Made by a program: the position numbers and the translations under genes. Shown piece after piece: positions 62,106 to 64,000 of a DNA stretch of 64,000 bases. Location of the stretch: NCBI GenBank assembly GCA_965214045.1, contig OZ243935.1:2578409-2642408 (forward strand), given 5' to 3'. Each line of letters begins with the position of its first letter. Within the stretch, counting starts at the first letter, position 1. The notes beneath the pieces were generated by a model. The model was not told the DNA's origin. It ran no database searches and worked only from the letters and a program-made list of their open reading frames with translations. The stretch is from Candidatus Poribacteria bacterium. Lineage in GTDB: Bacteria; Poribacteria; WGA-4E; WGA-3G.

Positions 62106-63053
62106 TTGAAGCATATATTCTGTCTAATTCTACTCATCGCGTTGCTTTTTCCAGCTGTTGCCGCTGCTACATTCAATAATATTGGTGTTGGCGCGAGACC
62201 GTTAGGTTTAGGTGGAGCGTTCGTCGCACTCGCTGATGATAGTAACGCTGCAGATTACAACGCCGCAGGATTAGGTTATATTGATGGGATCCATCTCGGT
62301 GCTACGCATGCGCAACGCTTTAACGGGCTCATTACCTATAATGCCCTCAGTAGTGTTATTCCGCTCGGAAGAATAGGGGCAATTGGGGCAGGTTTCGGAG
62401 GTTTGGCAGAGGATTCCGAAATTTATAGTGAACAGACGTTGCGACTCTCTTACGGAAGTGCGCTTTTCAAACAATTCGCAATCGGTGCAAATCTGAAACT
62501 CTTCCGTGCCGCTTTTGACGAGACAAATGAATTCGTTGTAGAGAATCCGTATTTCGTCAACACCTCGAGTTCAGCTGTCTCTTTTGATCTCGGTGTGATC
62601 GCAAAACCTTTCCAGAGTCTGAGTCTTGGTGCATCGGTAGAGAACCTACTCCCCGCAGATATGAGCATATCTGACACGCAGACGGATTCGGTGCCGTTAA
62701 ACATTCGTGCCGGTTTGGCATACAGACTTGCGTCTATGGCGGAGATGAGCGCGCAAGGTGCGGCGGTCAGCAACTTGTTGAGAGGTAGTCTTGGGAGCTT
62801 TGAGGTTGCGTCTCGCAATGGCGAAATTTATATACGCACCGGAATAGAAGTCTGGTTGAATAAATCTATCGCTGTTCGCGGCGGTTATGGCGTGAAAAAT
62901 GGAGGGAGTTCGGCAACAACCCTGAGTTTCGGTGGGAGTGCTAAGCTGCCAATCAGTGGTACTGCCCTCCAACTTGACTATGGATTTCAACTGCTGAGTG
63001 GGAATCTTCAAGACAATATAACACAGCGGTTCTCCCTTAATCTGTTGCTTTAA
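62106..63053 (+). CDS. outer-membrane beta-barrel protein, PorV/PorQ-like
   Basis: TTG start and signal peptide. GARPLGLGGAFVALADDSNAADYNAAGLG. C-terminal aromatic-rich strands. The function call is tentative. Confidence 0.6.
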   Translation: MKHIFCLILLIALLFPAVAAATFNNIGVGARPLGLGGAFVALADDSNAADYNAAGLGYIDGIHLGATHAQRFNGLITYNALSSVIPLGRIGAIGAGFGGLAEDSEIYSEQTLRLSYGSALFKQFAIGANLKLFRAAFDETNEFVVENPYFVNTSSSAVSFDLGVIAKPFQSLSLGASVENLLPADMSISDTQTDSVPLNIRAGLAYRLASMAEMSAQGAAVSNLLRGSLGSFEVASRNGEIYIRTGIEVWLNKSIAVRGGYGVKNGGSSATTLSFGGSAKLPISGTALQLDYGFQLLSGNLQDNITQRFSLNLLL

Positions 63054-63056
63054 TTA

Positions 63057-63089
63057 GGTGTCGGTCGTCGGTTGCCAGCAGTCAGTAGC
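63057..63089. repeat. heptamer array (HPE arm)
   Basis: GGTGTCGGTCGTCGGTTGCCAGCAGTCAGTAGC, directly after the stop codon and upstream of Box A. Confidence 0.7.
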
Positions 63090-63113
63090 GAGATTTGCGT
63101 TAGATCCAAACCC

Positions 63114-63201
63114 ATAGCCTGCAACAACGGCGCAGGCGGATCTACGGAAATAAACGTCAAGGCGCTAAGCCCCTGACCGAACCGCAAGGTATAATTAAAA
63201 A
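63114..63201 (+). promoter_or_regulatory. Box A + Box B leader module (copy 6)
   Basis: ATAGCCTGCAACAACGGCGCAGGCGGATCTACGGAAATAAACGTCAAGG ... CCCCTGACCGAACCGCAAGGTATAATTAAAAA followed by ATG 63202. TATAAT is at -12..-7. Confidence 0.6.
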
Positions 63202-64000
63202 ATGAAAAACGTATCTATTGCTTTGATACTTATCGGTAGTCTGCTCCTTAACGCTAACAGTTATGGAGCGGTTACCTCTGTTGGAGAGATTAACGTCGTT
63301 GGGCAAAAGGAAGGCGTTGTTCCCGCAAGTTCAACCGTGCCATTGCTCGTGGCACTTGTAATTGACCGATCGTTGGCGGAACCGGGCGAAGAAATTAAAA
63401 TTATTGAGATTACGATGCCACGCGGATTTCTAACCCAATCGTCCTTTTTTAGAGGGATATCGCGTGATGGCAACCAAATTGTAGCAAGGGCTGTTGTCTC
63501 TGGCGGAAGTGTTCTACGTGTCGAACTCGCAGACGCTATCGTTGATTTTCAGAACTCGCTCTATGAAATTACCTTTGAGTGTCAGACACCGAATACACTT
63601 ATTCCAGAGGCAGTTTTCAGAGCGCGCCTTCGCAACCTTCAAGACGGTCCCATCGGTGAATTCATCCGACCAGGGCAGGCAGATGGAAAACTCAATAACG
63701 ACGATTTTACCTTACAGGTTATTCCGAATGTGCCGCCTGATCCGGTTATAGGCTTCACCGCTGAAGCCGATGAAACCGGAGAAAACGATGTGACCCTCCG
63801 TTGGCAGAAATCGGAAGATCAGGATGTCAACGGTTACCTCATCTACAGAGACAAGGACGATACTACTATTAATGTCGAAAATCGTTCGTCAACGACGTTT
63901 CGCGATGTAAACGTTCCTCTGGGAAACCATACCTATCAGATCACCGCTTACAAAACCTTATTCTTGCAGTCGGAACGTTCACCGATACAAAGGGTAGACG
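63202..64000 (+). CDS. partial CDS (3' end outside window): secreted protein with fibronectin-type-III-like domain
   Basis: Not in the ORF track (no stop in the window). ATG directly after Box B, signal peptide MKNVSIALILIGSLLLNANSYGA, and 266 open codons. DVTLRWQKSEDQDVNGYLIYRD...HTYQITAY is FN3-like. Confidence 0.7.
   Translation, partial: MKNVSIALILIGSLLLNANSYGAVTSVGEINVVGQKEGVVPASSTVPLLVALVIDRSLAEPGEEIKIIEITMPRGFLTQSSFFRGISRDGNQIVARAVVSGGSVLRVELADAIVDFQNSLYEITFECQTPNTLIPEAVFRARLRNLQDGPIGEFIRPGQADGKLNNDDFTLQVIPNVPPDPVIGFTAEADETGENDVTLRWQKSEDQDVNGYLIYRDKDDTTINVENRSSTTFRDVNVPLGNHTYQITAYKTLFLQSERSPIQRVD

Noticed and set aside
1-64000. rRNA, tRNA, tmRNA, RNase P or SRP RNA genes
   Set aside because: I read all intergenic regions longer than 100 nt on both strands. 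They are accounted for by repeats, MITEs, promoters or leader modules. I saw no cloverleaf-compatible or otherwise recognisable structural RNA, though a covariance-model scan would be needed to be certain.

Overview
This 64-kb segment looks like chromosome from an uncultured Gram-negative bacterium. Supporting genes: Omp85-type barrel, GT9 heptosyltransferase, PorV/PorQ-like barrel, T9SS/FlgD-type C-terminal sorting domains. All family calls come from motif recognition by eye; no database search was run. I support about 50 protein-coding genes and found no rRNA, tRNA or CRISPR. Recognisable housekeeping genes are pheA, queG, queF, pcm, sppA, a UPF0182 membrane protein, a group-3-like sigma factor and a ZIP transporter. 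There is also a paralogue-rich set of enzymes: 4 PhyH dioxygenases, 2 amidohydrolase-2, 2 Gfo/Idh/MocA, 2 xylose-isomerase-like TIM barrels, GMC oxidoreductase and a PIG-L deacetylase. Main observations: (1) Two in-frame UGA codons sit at Cys-equivalent positions, each followed by a small hairpin, so both are selenoprotein candidates. One fuses ORFs 11344..12168 and 12184..13062 into a thioredoxin-fold protein. The other lies in a hidden 81-codon DUF5069-like gene (30012..30257) that is absent from the ORF track. (2) A bipartite leader module (here called Box A and Box B) occurs at 11 sites. In the nine gene-proximal copies it ends directly at an ATG/TTG (eight at an annotated gene start), with a -10-like hexamer at -12..-7 in eight of them (leaderless-mRNA geometry); the other two are a copy inside the queG ORF and an antisense orphan. 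(3) Intergenic DNA is saturated with palindromic arrays of heptamer repeats (here called HPE, similar to cyanobacterial STRR repeats). One copy is translated in frame inside a CDS, and several supply start codons or C-terminal tails. (4) There are two MITE families (MITE-A, MITE-B), each with terminal inverted repeats and flanking direct repeats. (5) There are two A+T-richer accessory islets. One holds a DUF2281-type antitoxin, a truncated PIN toxin and a PD-(D/E)xK nuclease between amidohydrolase paralogues. The other holds an ABC-ATPase remnant, a truncated IS605-type tnpB, a Gp37/Gp68 (DUF5131) gene and an unknown gene.
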